Origin: Candidatus Margulisiibacteriota bacterium
GTDB lineage: Bacteria; Margulisbacteria; WOR-1; O2-12-FULL-45-9; XYB2-FULL-48-7
DNA length: 64,000 bases
Reading direction: 5' to 3'
Assembly: GCA_041658645.1 (NCBI GenBank)
Contig: JBAZZV010000006.1
Span: forward strand, 19,486-83,485
This document shows, piece after piece, positions 38,672 through 48,406 of the stretch. The notes below the pieces were generated by a model. The model was given only the letters and a program-made list of their open reading frames with translations. It made no database searches and was not told the DNA's origin. The position numbers and the translations under genes are program-made. The stretch's first letter is position 1. Each line of letters starts with the position of its first letter.

Positions 38672-40297
38672 TTATTTAAGCAGGCTTTTCGCCGTCATCG
38701 CTTTGGGGATCGGCAGGCCCATCAAATCGAGCACGGTCACACCGACATCAGGGATGATGCCGGACTCATTCAATTTAACCTCTTTGCCGAGGACCCAGAA
38801 CGGGACCGGATTGAGAGAATGCTGGGTGCTGGCGACTTCCTGGCCCTTATTTTCCAGCTTCATCTCGTCGGCATTCCCATGGTCGGCGGTGATGATAAAG
38901 ACCCCGCCCTTGGCCGTCCAGGCGGGGACTAATTTTTCTAAACAGGCGGAGATGTCGCCGATCGCTTCGGTCGCGGCCGCCAGGTTGCCGGTATGGCCGA
39001 CCATATCGCCATTCTGGAAATTATGGACGACCAGCGAATACTCGCCCCGGTCGATCGCCCCCAGCGCGTAGTCGGTCTCCAGAAAGGCGGTCATCTCCGG
39101 CACCCAGTCGTAATGCTTCCCCTCTTCGGTCCGCTCCTTCAAGGTCATATCCTGGGCCAGATGGCGGTCTTCTCCCGGGAAAGGGTCCGCCCTCCGGCCG
39201 GAGAACCAGCCGGTGACATGAGCGAACTTCTCCGGACCGGCCAGACGCAATTGTTTTAAGCCGGCTTCGGATACGATCTGGCCAACCGTATCCGGGACCT
39301 CCTTCTCGGGGAAGGCGGTCAGGGCGTTCAAGCCGTGATAATACTCGGTCATCGCCACGAACAGGAGCCCGGCAACCTTGGCCCGCAACCCCTGAATCTC
39401 GTTGTAGCTATTGTCGTCGATCGGCTTCGTCCCTTTTTTGTAATTAAAATATTTCTTGTCCGTTTCGCAGAAGGCGGCCGTCAGCTGGATCGTCCGGTCC
39501 TGCCGGTAGTTCCAGTAAATGACCGAATCGTTCGGCCTCATCCCCTGATAATCACCGATAACCGTCGGCCTGATAAATTCATCAGTTTGCCCGCGAGCAT
39601 AAGAATTATCGATCGCTTCACGGGCAGTGGCGGCTTTAAATTCCCCCGTCCCTAGTACCAAGCACCTCATGCCTATTAGCGTCTTATCCCAGGACGTATC
39701 CCGATCCATCGCGATCTCCCGCCCCATCACTGTTGCGACCCTGGTCCCTGGTCCCTGGTCCCTGATCGCTTCTTCCAGCATCGGCAAATATATTTCTCCC
39801 GCCGCCTTCGGATTAGTGTCACGGCCGTCAGTAAAGAGATGAATAGCGATGTCGGTCAAACCGTTCTTTTTAGCCAACTCGAGCAAGGCGAAAAGATGGC
39901 GAATGCTGGCGTGGACAGTTCCGCCATGTCCTTGCAGGAGCCCCATGAGATGGAGGGTTGAATTATTCTGTTGACAACGGGTGACCGCCGCCGTCAGGGC
40001 ATCGTTGCGGAAGAAACTCCCGTCATCGATCGCCACATTGATCCGTTCGATCGACTGGTAGACGATCCGCCCCGCTCCCATGTTCAGGTGGTTGACCTCG
40101 GAGTTCCCCATCGTCCCGGCCGGCAAGCCGACCGCCAGGCCGGAACATTCCAGTTTGGCGTAAGGGTGATTTTTGAACAAGTCGGCAATGAACGGCGCCT
40201 TTCCCTGGTCGATCGCGTCGTAAATGGCGTTCTTCGGCCCCTGCTCTCCGACCGCGAAGCCATCCAGAATGCAAAGATAAACCGGTGTTGTTTTCAC
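38672..40297 (-). CDS. gpmI: 2,3-bisphosphoglycerate-independent phosphoglycerate mutase
   Basis: LCILDGF, metal-binding and ADHGNAD-type motifs; probable GTG start 6 nt after TATAAT; contains (agggacc)x3 tandem repeat at 39740-39766. Confidence 0.85.
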   Translation of the reverse strand: MKTTPVYLCILDGFAVGEQGPKNAIYDAIDQGKAPFIADLFKNHPYAKLECSGLAVGLPAGTMGNSEVNHLNMGAGRIVYQSIERINVAIDDGSFFRNDALTAAVTRCQQNNSTLHLMGLLQGHGGTVHASIRHLFALLELAKKNGLTDIAIHLFTDGRDTNPKAAGEIYLPMLEEAIRDQGPGTRVATVMGREIAMDRDTSWDKTLIGMRCLVLGTGEFKAATAREAIDNSYARGQTDEFIRPTVIGDYQGMRPNDSVIYWNYRQDRTIQLTAAFCETDKKYFNYKKGTKPIDDNSYNEIQGLRAKVAGLLFVAMTEYYHGLNALTAFPEKEVPDTVGQIVSEAGLKQLRLAGPEKFAHVTGWFSGRRADPFPGEDRHLAQDMTLKERTEEGKHYDWVPEMTAFLETDYALGAIDRGEYSLVVHNFQNGDMVGHTGNLAAATEAIGDISACLEKLVPAWTAKGGVFIITADHGNADEMKLENKGQEVASTQHSLNPVPFWVLGKEVKLNESGIIPDVGVTVLDLMGLPIPKAMTAKSLLK

Positions 40298-40310
40298 TGG
40301 TCTATTATAC

Positions 40311-40343
40311 AAAAAAAAGCCCGGCAGTTAAAGCCGGGCTTTT
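40311..40343 (-). terminator. Rho-independent terminator for the com-like gene
   Basis: On minus strand: aagcccggc-tttaact-gccgggc followed by tttttttt. Confidence 0.7.
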
Positions 40344-40361
40344 CAGTTTATCGGAAACTAC

Positions 40362-40568
40362 TTAATTCTGCAGGAAATCGTACTTAATGACGCCGCGTTC
40401 CAAGATCTTTTTGGTGACGTTGTTCTCGGGCACTTCATAGACAATGACCGTCTCGTCATCATAGAGGTTCATCGTCTTGCACTTGGGACACTTGATCTCG
40501 ACTTTCGACCCCTCCTCCACCTTGGCCAGCAGCCGGTGGCAGAATTTACAGCGGAATTCTTTCATCAT
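40362..40568 (-). CDS. Com-family zinc-ribbon protein (Mu Com-like)
   Basis: MMKEFRCKFCHRLLAKVEEGSKVEIKCPKCKTMN matches Com pattern ...RC..C.KLL.K....EI.CP.CK. Confidence 0.6.
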   Translation of the reverse strand: MMKEFRCKFCHRLLAKVEEGSKVEIKCPKCKTMNLYDDETVIVYEVPENNVTKKILERGVIKYDFLQN

Positions 40569-40727
40569 AATATTGTCGTCCTCCTTTATCGTCTTCCTGT
40601 TACCATTTGTTTATCGGGCCGACATATGAATAATTTCACTGTTTTTTTAAATTTTCCGCCAAAGGCGGATCCGCCTTCGGCGGACACCTAATTTATGCCG
40701 CGCCCGCCGCGTGCTATAATCCCTGGG

Positions 40728-42722
40728 ATGAGACAAGCGCTGATCTGTGCCACCGTGGTCCTGACCGTAGCCTTGCTCAGCGGATGCTCCAACATGAGCC
40801 AGAAAAAAGATAACCTGACCGACCTCGATACTACCGTCCGCCCGGGGGACGATTTCTACCGCTATGCCGTTGGCCATTGGCAGAAAAACAATCCAATCCC
40901 GGCGGAATACAGCAGTTGGGGGAGTTTCGTCATCCTCGGCGAGGAAAACCTCAAGGTCCTGCGGGAAATAATGGAGCGGGCGGCTAAACGGCCGCGTGAT
41001 AGCCGCGAAAAAATGGTCGGCGACTTCTATGCCGGCGGGATGGATGAACAGAAGATCGAAGCGGCCGGGCTGCAACCGCTTCAACCCGAACTGGCCAGGA
41101 TCGAAGCGATCAGAGATCTGACCGGGTTAGCTTTGGAACTCGCCCATATGCAGCAAACAACTTCCGACCCCCTCTTCTCTTTCGGCGTCGCCCCCGATCT
41201 CGCTCGGAGCGATCGGCAGATCGTTCACCTAGACCAGGGGGGCTTGAACCTGCCGGACCGTGATTATTACCTGAAAAACGACCTTTACTCCAGGGAGATC
41301 CGGACCAAATACCAACTTTTTGTCGCCAGGATATTCAAGCTGATGGGGGAAGACGAGCGAACCTCCGCCGCGTCAGCCCGGACGGTCCTCAAGATCGAGA
41401 CAGCCCTCGCTAAAATATCGAGGACCAAGGTCGCCTTGCGCGATCCCCGGCAGAACTATCATCCGCAATCCCTGGCCGCGCTGGCCAAACTTGCCCCCAA
41501 CTTCGCCTGGCCGCTCTATTTCCGGGCGATCGGGCTGACCAAACCGGGGAAAATCAACGTCGGCCAGCCGGAGTTCTTGGCCGGGCTAAATAAACTGCTG
41601 GTCAAGATCCCCCTGGCGGAATGGAAAGTTTATCTGGCCTTCACCTTGGTCAATGATAATGCCGAGTATTTAAGCTCGGCTTTTGTCAATGAAGAATTCG
41701 CTTTTTACGCCAAGACGATGAACGGCAACCAGGTCCTCCGCCCCCGCTGGAAACGGGTCGTCGGTACGGTCAACGCTTATCTTGACCATCCGGTCGGCCG
41801 TCTCTTCGTCCAAAAGCGCTTCTCTCCCCACTCCAAAAAACGCGCCAGCCAGATGATCGAGAGCATCCGCCGAACGTTTGCCCGGCGGATCAAGGGGCTT
41901 GATTGGATGAGCCCGCGGACAAAACAGGCCGCCCAGCAGAAGCTGGCAGCGATGACCTTTAAGATCGGCTATCCGGACAAATGGCGCGACTATTCGAAGT
42001 TGAAGATAGAACGCAACTCGTATCTGGCCAATATCTTTCGCGGCAATTATTTTGACTTCCACTATGAACTGAATAAGGTTGGTAAACCGGTCGACCGGCA
42101 GGAGTGGCAGATGCCGGCCCAGATCGTCAACGCCGGCTATATGCCGCAACGCAACGAAATGATCTTCCCGGCCGGGATCCTCCAACCCCCGTTCTTCGAT
42201 GCGGCGGCCGATGACGCCATCAATTATGGTTCGATCGGCACCATCATGGCCCACGAGATGACCCATGGTTTCGACGACCAGGGAAGGAAATTTGACGCCA
42301 AAGGAAACCTCAAGGATTGGTGGAGTAAAAAAGATGAAGCCAACTTTAAAGCCAAAACCAAAGGAGTGGTCGCCCAGTTTGGCGCCTACACCCCCTTTCC
42401 CGGCCTGCCGCTTAACGGCAAACTGACCCTCGGGGAAAATCTTGCCGACCTTGGCGGCTTAAGCCTCGCCTATGAAGCACTCGGCTCTCTCCCGGCCGGG
42501 AAAAAGCCTCAACCCCGTTTCTTTCTTTCTTACGCCAGGGTCTGGCGGAACAACACCCGCCCGGAACGGGCCAAGCTCCTGATCAAGGTTGACCCCCACT
42601 CCCCCGCTCAATATCGGGTCAACGGCCCGCTTAGCAACCTGCCGGAGTTTTATCAGGCGTTCAACCTCATCTCTGGTGAGGCCATGTATAAACCAGCCGC
42701 CCAGCGTGTTAAGGTCTGGTAA
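40728..42722 (+). CDS. M13-family metalloendopeptidase (PepO/neprilysin-like) lipoprotein
   Basis: HEMTHGFDDQG zinc motif, GENLADLGG, lipobox LLSGC; TATAAT 7 nt upstream of ATG. Confidence 0.85.
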   Translation: MRQALICATVVLTVALLSGCSNMSQKKDNLTDLDTTVRPGDDFYRYAVGHWQKNNPIPAEYSSWGSFVILGEENLKVLREIMERAAKRPRDSREKMVGDFYAGGMDEQKIEAAGLQPLQPELARIEAIRDLTGLALELAHMQQTTSDPLFSFGVAPDLARSDRQIVHLDQGGLNLPDRDYYLKNDLYSREIRTKYQLFVARIFKLMGEDERTSAASARTVLKIETALAKISRTKVALRDPRQNYHPQSLAALAKLAPNFAWPLYFRAIGLTKPGKINVGQPEFLAGLNKLLVKIPLAEWKVYLAFTLVNDNAEYLSSAFVNEEFAFYAKTMNGNQVLRPRWKRVVGTVNAYLDHPVGRLFVQKRFSPHSKKRASQMIESIRRTFARRIKGLDWMSPRTKQAAQQKLAAMTFKIGYPDKWRDYSKLKIERNSYLANIFRGNYFDFHYELNKVGKPVDRQEWQMPAQIVNAGYMPQRNEMIFPAGILQPPFFDAAADDAINYGSIGTIMAHEMTHGFDDQGRKFDAKGNLKDWWSKKDEANFKAKTKGVVAQFGAYTPFPGLPLNGKLTLGENLADLGGLSLAYEALGSLPAGKKPQPRFFLSYARVWRNNTRPERAKLLIKVDPHSPAQYRVNGPLSNLPEFYQAFNLISGEAMYKPAAQRVKVW

Positions 42723-42726
42723 ATTT

Positions 42727-42755
42727 TGAATTTTTCTCCCCCCTATGTTAAAATA
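42727..42755 (+). promoter_or_regulatory. σ70-like promoter for tRNA-Gly (TTGAAT-17 nt-TAAAAT)
   Basis: -10 ends 8 nt before tRNA 5' end. Confidence 0.5.
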
Positions 42756-42763
42756 ATTACTAT

Positions 42764-44195
<1,432 letters not shown>

Positions 44196-44226
44196 AGCTC
44201 CCCTCACCCTAGCTTCGTTCAAGCTT

Positions 44227-44262
44227 AGACCCCTCTCCCTCAGGGAGAGGGGTCTTTGTTTT
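44227..44262 (+). terminator. Rho-independent terminator after eno; a second hairpin follows at 44285-44308
   Basis: agacccctctccct-cag-ggagaggggtct + ttgtttt. Confidence 0.7.
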
Positions 44263-44359
44263 GGTAAAGCTGAGGTGAGGAAAACCCTTCTCCCACAGGG
44301 AGAAGGTCACAAGCCTCAACTAAGTTAGATGAGGGGAACGCCATTAGGTGAGGGCTGCC

Positions 44360-45079
44360 TCAAACCTTCAAGGTCGAAGCTAAAAGTTTCTGCGTGTAAG
44401 GGTCTTGTGGACTGCCTAGTACCTGGTCCCTGGTACCCAGTTCCACCAGTTTTCCTTCTTTCATGACCGCTATCCTGTCGCTCATGTAGCCGATAACATT
44501 AAGGTCGTGAGCGATAAAGAGATAAGTCAGGTTCAGCCGAGTTTTAACCTCTTTTAAAAGCTTCAGAATATCAACCTGGATCGAGACATCCAGCGCCGAG
44601 ACCGGCTCATCGAGGACCAGGAATTTCGGGGCGGAAGCAAGCGCCCGGGCGATCCCCACCCTCTGCCTCTCCCCGCCGGAAAGTTCATGCGGCCAGCGCC
44701 TGGCATAGGCGGCCGGCAACCTCACTAATTCGAGCAGTTCAGCCACTCGCCCGTTAATCTTGGCCTTGGGGAGAAGCTGATGGATCAAGATCGGCTCACC
44801 GATCGCTTCCCCTATCCTGATCCGGGGATTGAGCGAGGTCTGCGGGTCCTGGAAGACGATCTGGCAATCGCGGCGGACATTCTCAATTCCGTAGTAATTG
44901 ACCTCGCCGGAACTCGGTTCGATCAGACGGAGCAGTAAACGAGCCAGGGTTGATTTCCCCGATCCGGATTCTCCGACCAAGCCCAAAGTTTCGCTGTACT
45001 CGATAGTAAAAGTAACGCCGCCAACCGCCCGGACCGAACCGAAGGCCCTGGTTAGATTGTTCGCTTTGATCAACGCCAT
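44360..45079 (-). CDS. ABC transporter ATP-binding protein (oligo/dipeptide DppF/OppF type)
   Basis: GESGSGKST Walker A, LSGGERQR signature; contains gggtaccagggaccaggtac repeat at 44405-44435. Confidence 0.85.
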   Translation of the reverse strand: MALIKANNLTRAFGSVRAVGGVTFTIEYSETLGLVGESGSGKSTLARLLLRLIEPSSGEVNYYGIENVRRDCQIVFQDPQTSLNPRIRIGEAIGEPILIHQLLPKAKINGRVAELLELVRLPAAYARRWPHELSGGERQRVGIARALASAPKFLVLDEPVSALDVSIQVDILKLLKEVKTRLNLTYLFIAHDLNVIGYMSDRIAVMKEGKLVELGTRDQVLGSPQDPYTQKLLASTLKV

Positions 45080-45083
45080 CAGC

Positions 45084-45185
45084 TTAGATCCGGAAAATGA
45101 TGATGACCAGCAAGATCGTGATCGCCGCTAAAAGAACTAGAGCAAGGCCATTGATCCAGTTCGGCAAACGTTCCGTTAATTTCAT
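45084..45185 (-). CDS. Possible 33-aa single-TM small protein between the two ABC ATPase genes
   Basis: MKLTERLPNWINGLALVLLAAITILLVIIIFRI; preceded by AAGGGGTG RBS. Confidence 0.35.
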   Translation of the reverse strand: MKLTERLPNWINGLALVLLAAITILLVIIIFRI

Positions 45186-45187
45186 TA

Positions 45188-45979
45188 TTATTCACCCCTT
45201 CCGTTCAAGACTTTCAAGGCGCCTAACAGCCTGGCAGTATAAGCGGACCGGGGCGCCGCCAGAAGATCGGCCACGCTCCCCGCCTCCACCACCTCCCCCT
45301 GATAAACCACTAACGCTTTCTGACAAACCGCTTTAATGATCCCAAAATTATGAGTTATGTAAATTATGGATAGGTTCAAGCTTTTTTGCAACTCTTTTAA
45401 CAGCTTCAGTATCTCCGCCTGGATGGTAACGTCGAGCGCGGTAGTTGGTTCATCCGCGATCAGCAGTTCCGGCTGGCAAGCCAGCGCCAGCGCGATCATT
45501 ACGCGCTGCTTCATCCCGCCCGAAAACTGATGGGGATAGTCCCTCGCCCTGGCCGCCGGATCGTTGATCTTCACCAGATCAAGTAAGGCAATCGTCTTGG
45601 CCCAGGCTTCTTTCCTTTTTAACCCTTGATGCAATTCGATGGTTTCCGCGATCTGATCACCGACCGTGAAGAGCGGATTAAGCGAAGTGAAGGGATCCTG
45701 GAAGATCATCGATATCCCGGCCCCGCGGATCTTGATCATCTCTTTTTCCGGCAGGGTCAAGAGCGCCTGGCCGGCAAAGGTGATCTCCCCGGCGTCGATC
45801 CTGGCCGCCGGCGGCAGGAGGCGCATGATCGCCAGCGCGATCGTTGACTTCCCGGAGCCTGATTCGCCGACGATCCCCAGCGCTTCACCCTTGGTGACGG
45901 TAAAGCTCATCTCTTTGACCGCTCGAACCGGCTGGTCATTGACCAGATAGCTGACCGACAGCCCTTTAACCTCTAACAT
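45188..45979 (-). CDS. ABC transporter ATP-binding protein (DppD/OppD type)
   Basis: [17 protein letters not shown]. Confidence 0.85.
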   Translation of the reverse strand: MLEVKGLSVSYLVNDQPVRAVKEMSFTVTKGEALGIVGESGSGKSTIALAIMRLLPPAARIDAGEITFAGQALLTLPEKEMIKIRGAGISMIFQDPFTSLNPLFTVGDQIAETIELHQGLKRKEAWAKTIALLDLVKINDPAARARDYPHQFSGGMKQRVMIALALACQPELLIADEPTTALDVTIQAEILKLLKELQKSLNLSIIYITHNFGIIKAVCQKALVVYQGEVVEAGSVADLLAAPRSAYTARLLGALKVLNGRGE

Positions 45980-46781
45980 TTAACTTCTCCCGCAACCCTT
46001 CGCCAACAAAATAAAGTGCTAGGACTGATATTAAAATTAAGACCCCCGGAATGATCGCCATCCACGGAGCATCGCGCATGTACGCCTGCGAATCCATCAA
46101 CATATTTCCCCAGGAAGACATCGGCGGTTGGACGCCGAGGCCAAGAAAAGAGAGGGCCGATTCGGTCAGGACAGCGCCGGCCATCCCCAGCGTTGCGGCG
46201 ACGATGATCGGGCTGGAGGCGTTCGGCAAGATATGGCGGAAGATGATCCGGAAGTCAGAACAGCCGATAGCGCGAGCGGCTTCCACATACTGCAACTCCC
46301 TGATCCGGAGGAATTCACCCCGCACCAGCCGCGCCACCCCCATCCAGGAAGTCAGCCCGATAACGATCATCACATTATAGATATTGGGAGTCAACATCGC
46401 CTGGATCGCCAGGATAAGAAAGATCGAGGGGAACGCCAGCATCACATCCACCCCGCGCATAATGACACTATCCAGCCAACTGCCGTAATAGCCGGAGAGT
46501 GCCCCAAGCAAAGTCCCGATCAACACGGAAATTATGACGGCAACCGCGCCAACGGTCAGCGAGATCCGCGCGCCGTAGAGCGCCCGGCTTAACAGATCAC
46601 GCCCCAGATCATCAGTCCCGAACAGATGCCGGAGTGACGGCCCCTGGATCTCCGATTCAGTGATCTCGGACGGATCAAACGGAGCCAGTGCCGGAGCAAA
46701 TATCGCGGCAGTTATCATGATTAAGATAATAATAATACCAACATTCGTCATTCGAAATTGGTTATTCGTCATTTTATTCAT
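45966..46781 (-). CDS. ABC transporter permease (DppC/OppC type); N-terminus encoded by a family-1 repeat
   Basis: Permease EAA-like region ALSFLGLGVQPP; N-terminal MNKMTNNQFRMTNV from repeat. Confidence 0.8.
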   Translation of the reverse strand: MNKMTNNQFRMTNVGIIIILIMITAAIFAPALAPFDPSEITESEIQGPSLRHLFGTDDLGRDLLSRALYGARISLTVGAVAVIISVLIGTLLGALSGYYGSWLDSVIMRGVDVMLAFPSIFLILAIQAMLTPNIYNVMIVIGLTSWMGVARLVRGEFLRIRELQYVEAARAIGCSDFRIIFRHILPNASSPIIVAATLGMAGAVLTESALSFLGLGVQPPMSSWGNMLMDSQAYMRDAPWMAIIPGVLILISVLALYFVGEGLREKLNVRG

Positions 46782-46783
46782 AA
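46744..46783. repeat. Family-1 repeat arm (cattcgtcattcgaaattggttattcgtcatt)
   Basis: Similarity to 648-765 and 26873-26905. Confidence 0.5.
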
Positions 46784-47679
46784 CGAATCCTCGGGTCGAC
46801 CAACGCGTAACATATATCCGCCAACAGATTTCCCAAAACGATCAGCACGGCGGAGAACATGACGATCCCCATAATGACCGGATAATTGCGCTGGAAGATG
46901 CACTGGACCCCCAACCGACCCATCCCCGGCCAGGCGAAGATCGTCTCTATAATGAAAGCTCCGCCAAAGAGGTCGGGGAGTGATAAACCAAATATAGTCA
47001 CGATCGGCAGAAGAGCGTTACGCAAAGCGTGTTTATAGATGACGATCCATTCCGGCAAACCTTTAGCCCGCGCCGTCCGGATAAAATCCTGGTTGAGGAC
47101 CTCGAGCATCGCCGACCGCTGGTAGCGGGTCAAGCCGGCCAGGCTCCCGATCGTCATCGTGATGAGCGGCAAGACGATATTGCCGACCGCCGGCAGCCAG
47201 TGGAGCTGGACCGAGAAGAGGAGCATCAGCATCAGGCCGAGCCAGAAGGTCGGTATCGCCATCCCGGTAAAAGAGAGGAAGGTGACCGTATTATCGAACC
47301 AGGAGTTTTTCCTGACCGCCGACATTACCCCGAGCGGGATGCAGATCAGGAAGGTCAGGATATATGAGGGGATCATCAGCATCAGGGTCAGCGGCAGCCG
47401 CTCGGCGATCTCGCTGATGACCGGCTGGCCGGTCGTATAGCTCCGGCCAAAGTCGAGGAGAACGGCATTCTTCAGCCAGAGAAAATATTGGATATAGACT
47501 GGCTGGTCCAGCCCCCAGTTGGCGCGCACACGCATTAGTTCTTCGGGTTTGACGTTGGGATCGATAAAAAGAGCGGTCGGGTCACCGGGAGCCAGGTGCA
47601 TGACGAAAAAGGAAATCAGGGAGATGCCGATCAGGAGCGGGATCAGCTGCAGCAGTCTTTTTACAATGTATGCGCGCAT
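46774..47679 (-). CDS. ABC transporter permease (DppB/OppB type)
   Basis: 301 aa, 6 TM, binding-protein-dependent transport inner-membrane component. Confidence 0.8.
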   Translation of the reverse strand: MRAYIVKRLLQLIPLLIGISLISFFVMHLAPGDPTALFIDPNVKPEELMRVRANWGLDQPVYIQYFLWLKNAVLLDFGRSYTTGQPVISEIAERLPLTLMLMIPSYILTFLICIPLGVMSAVRKNSWFDNTVTFLSFTGMAIPTFWLGLMLMLLFSVQLHWLPAVGNIVLPLITMTIGSLAGLTRYQRSAMLEVLNQDFIRTARAKGLPEWIVIYKHALRNALLPIVTIFGLSLPDLFGGAFIIETIFAWPGMGRLGVQCIFQRNYPVIMGIVMFSAVLIVLGNLLADICYALVDPRIRYE

Positions 47680-47732
47680 CTAGCGTTATTTTAAACTAAC
47701 GCCGACAAATGCGCAAATATCAGGGCGGCTTA

Positions 47733-48299
47733 CTATTTCAAATAATCGGGCAATTGGTCGGCCAGGATCAGCAGAAAGCTTGCTCCGCCGAAACGATAGA
47801 CATCTTTGGCTGGAACGGTATAAACAAAAAACCTTTCTGTGGTTTCTGCCCCTCTTGCCGCAGTCAACATGCCGTTCAATTTATCTTCAGCCATTTTTGC
47901 GCCCCGGGGAAAATCGAGCGCGGCCAGATCAGGGTTTGAAAACAACCTGGCCAGTTCGGGCTCGCTAAACCGGGCGGCCAGCGCTTCATTAACCGCTACC
48001 CTTTGCCCCGTTAAATGATCGATATTCTTGACGCCGGCATCCCCGCCGCTGATTACAATCTGCGAGCTGGCTACTCCGAGTTTTTTAGGATCGATCTCGA
48101 TCGTTTGCAAATAATGCGTTTGCAAATAATGATATTTTATCGCCTGCCGGTCCTCGACACCTTCGCGTTTGGCCTTTTGTGATAAAGAAAAGAAAAACCG
48201 CCGGCGAGCGATCTGAACTGCATTATTTGAAATTGGTTTACCATCCATGGTCAATACCTCCTGAAAAGATTGGGGCCAATTCTTTATCCGCCTGGCCAA
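47733..48299 (-). CDS. Hypothetical protein; contains 13-bp tandem duplication (tttgcaaataatg x2, HYLQTHYLQT)
   Basis: ORF only. Confidence 0.4.
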   Translation of the reverse strand: MARRIKNWPQSFQEVLTMDGKPISNNAVQIARRRFFFSLSQKAKREGVEDRQAIKYHYLQTHYLQTIEIDPKKLGVASSQIVISGGDAGVKNIDHLTGQRVAVNEALAARFSEPELARLFSNPDLAALDFPRGAKMAEDKLNGMLTAARGAETTERFFVYTVPAKDVYRFGGASFLLILADQLPDYLK

Positions 48300-48406
48300 G
48301 CCAAAATTTCATTGTTTTTTAAAAGGGTTAAAATCCTGGTTATTTCTGTTTGATAAAAATCTTTTCGCGGTGGCGCAGCAGTCAAAATACATTAATGAAA
48401 AAGTTT

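Noticed and set aside
44196-44360. Possible CRISPR-like or repeat array between eno and the ABC ATPase gene
   Set aside because: The repeated elements are just independent GC-rich hairpins (terminators) without regular spacing or spacer structure.
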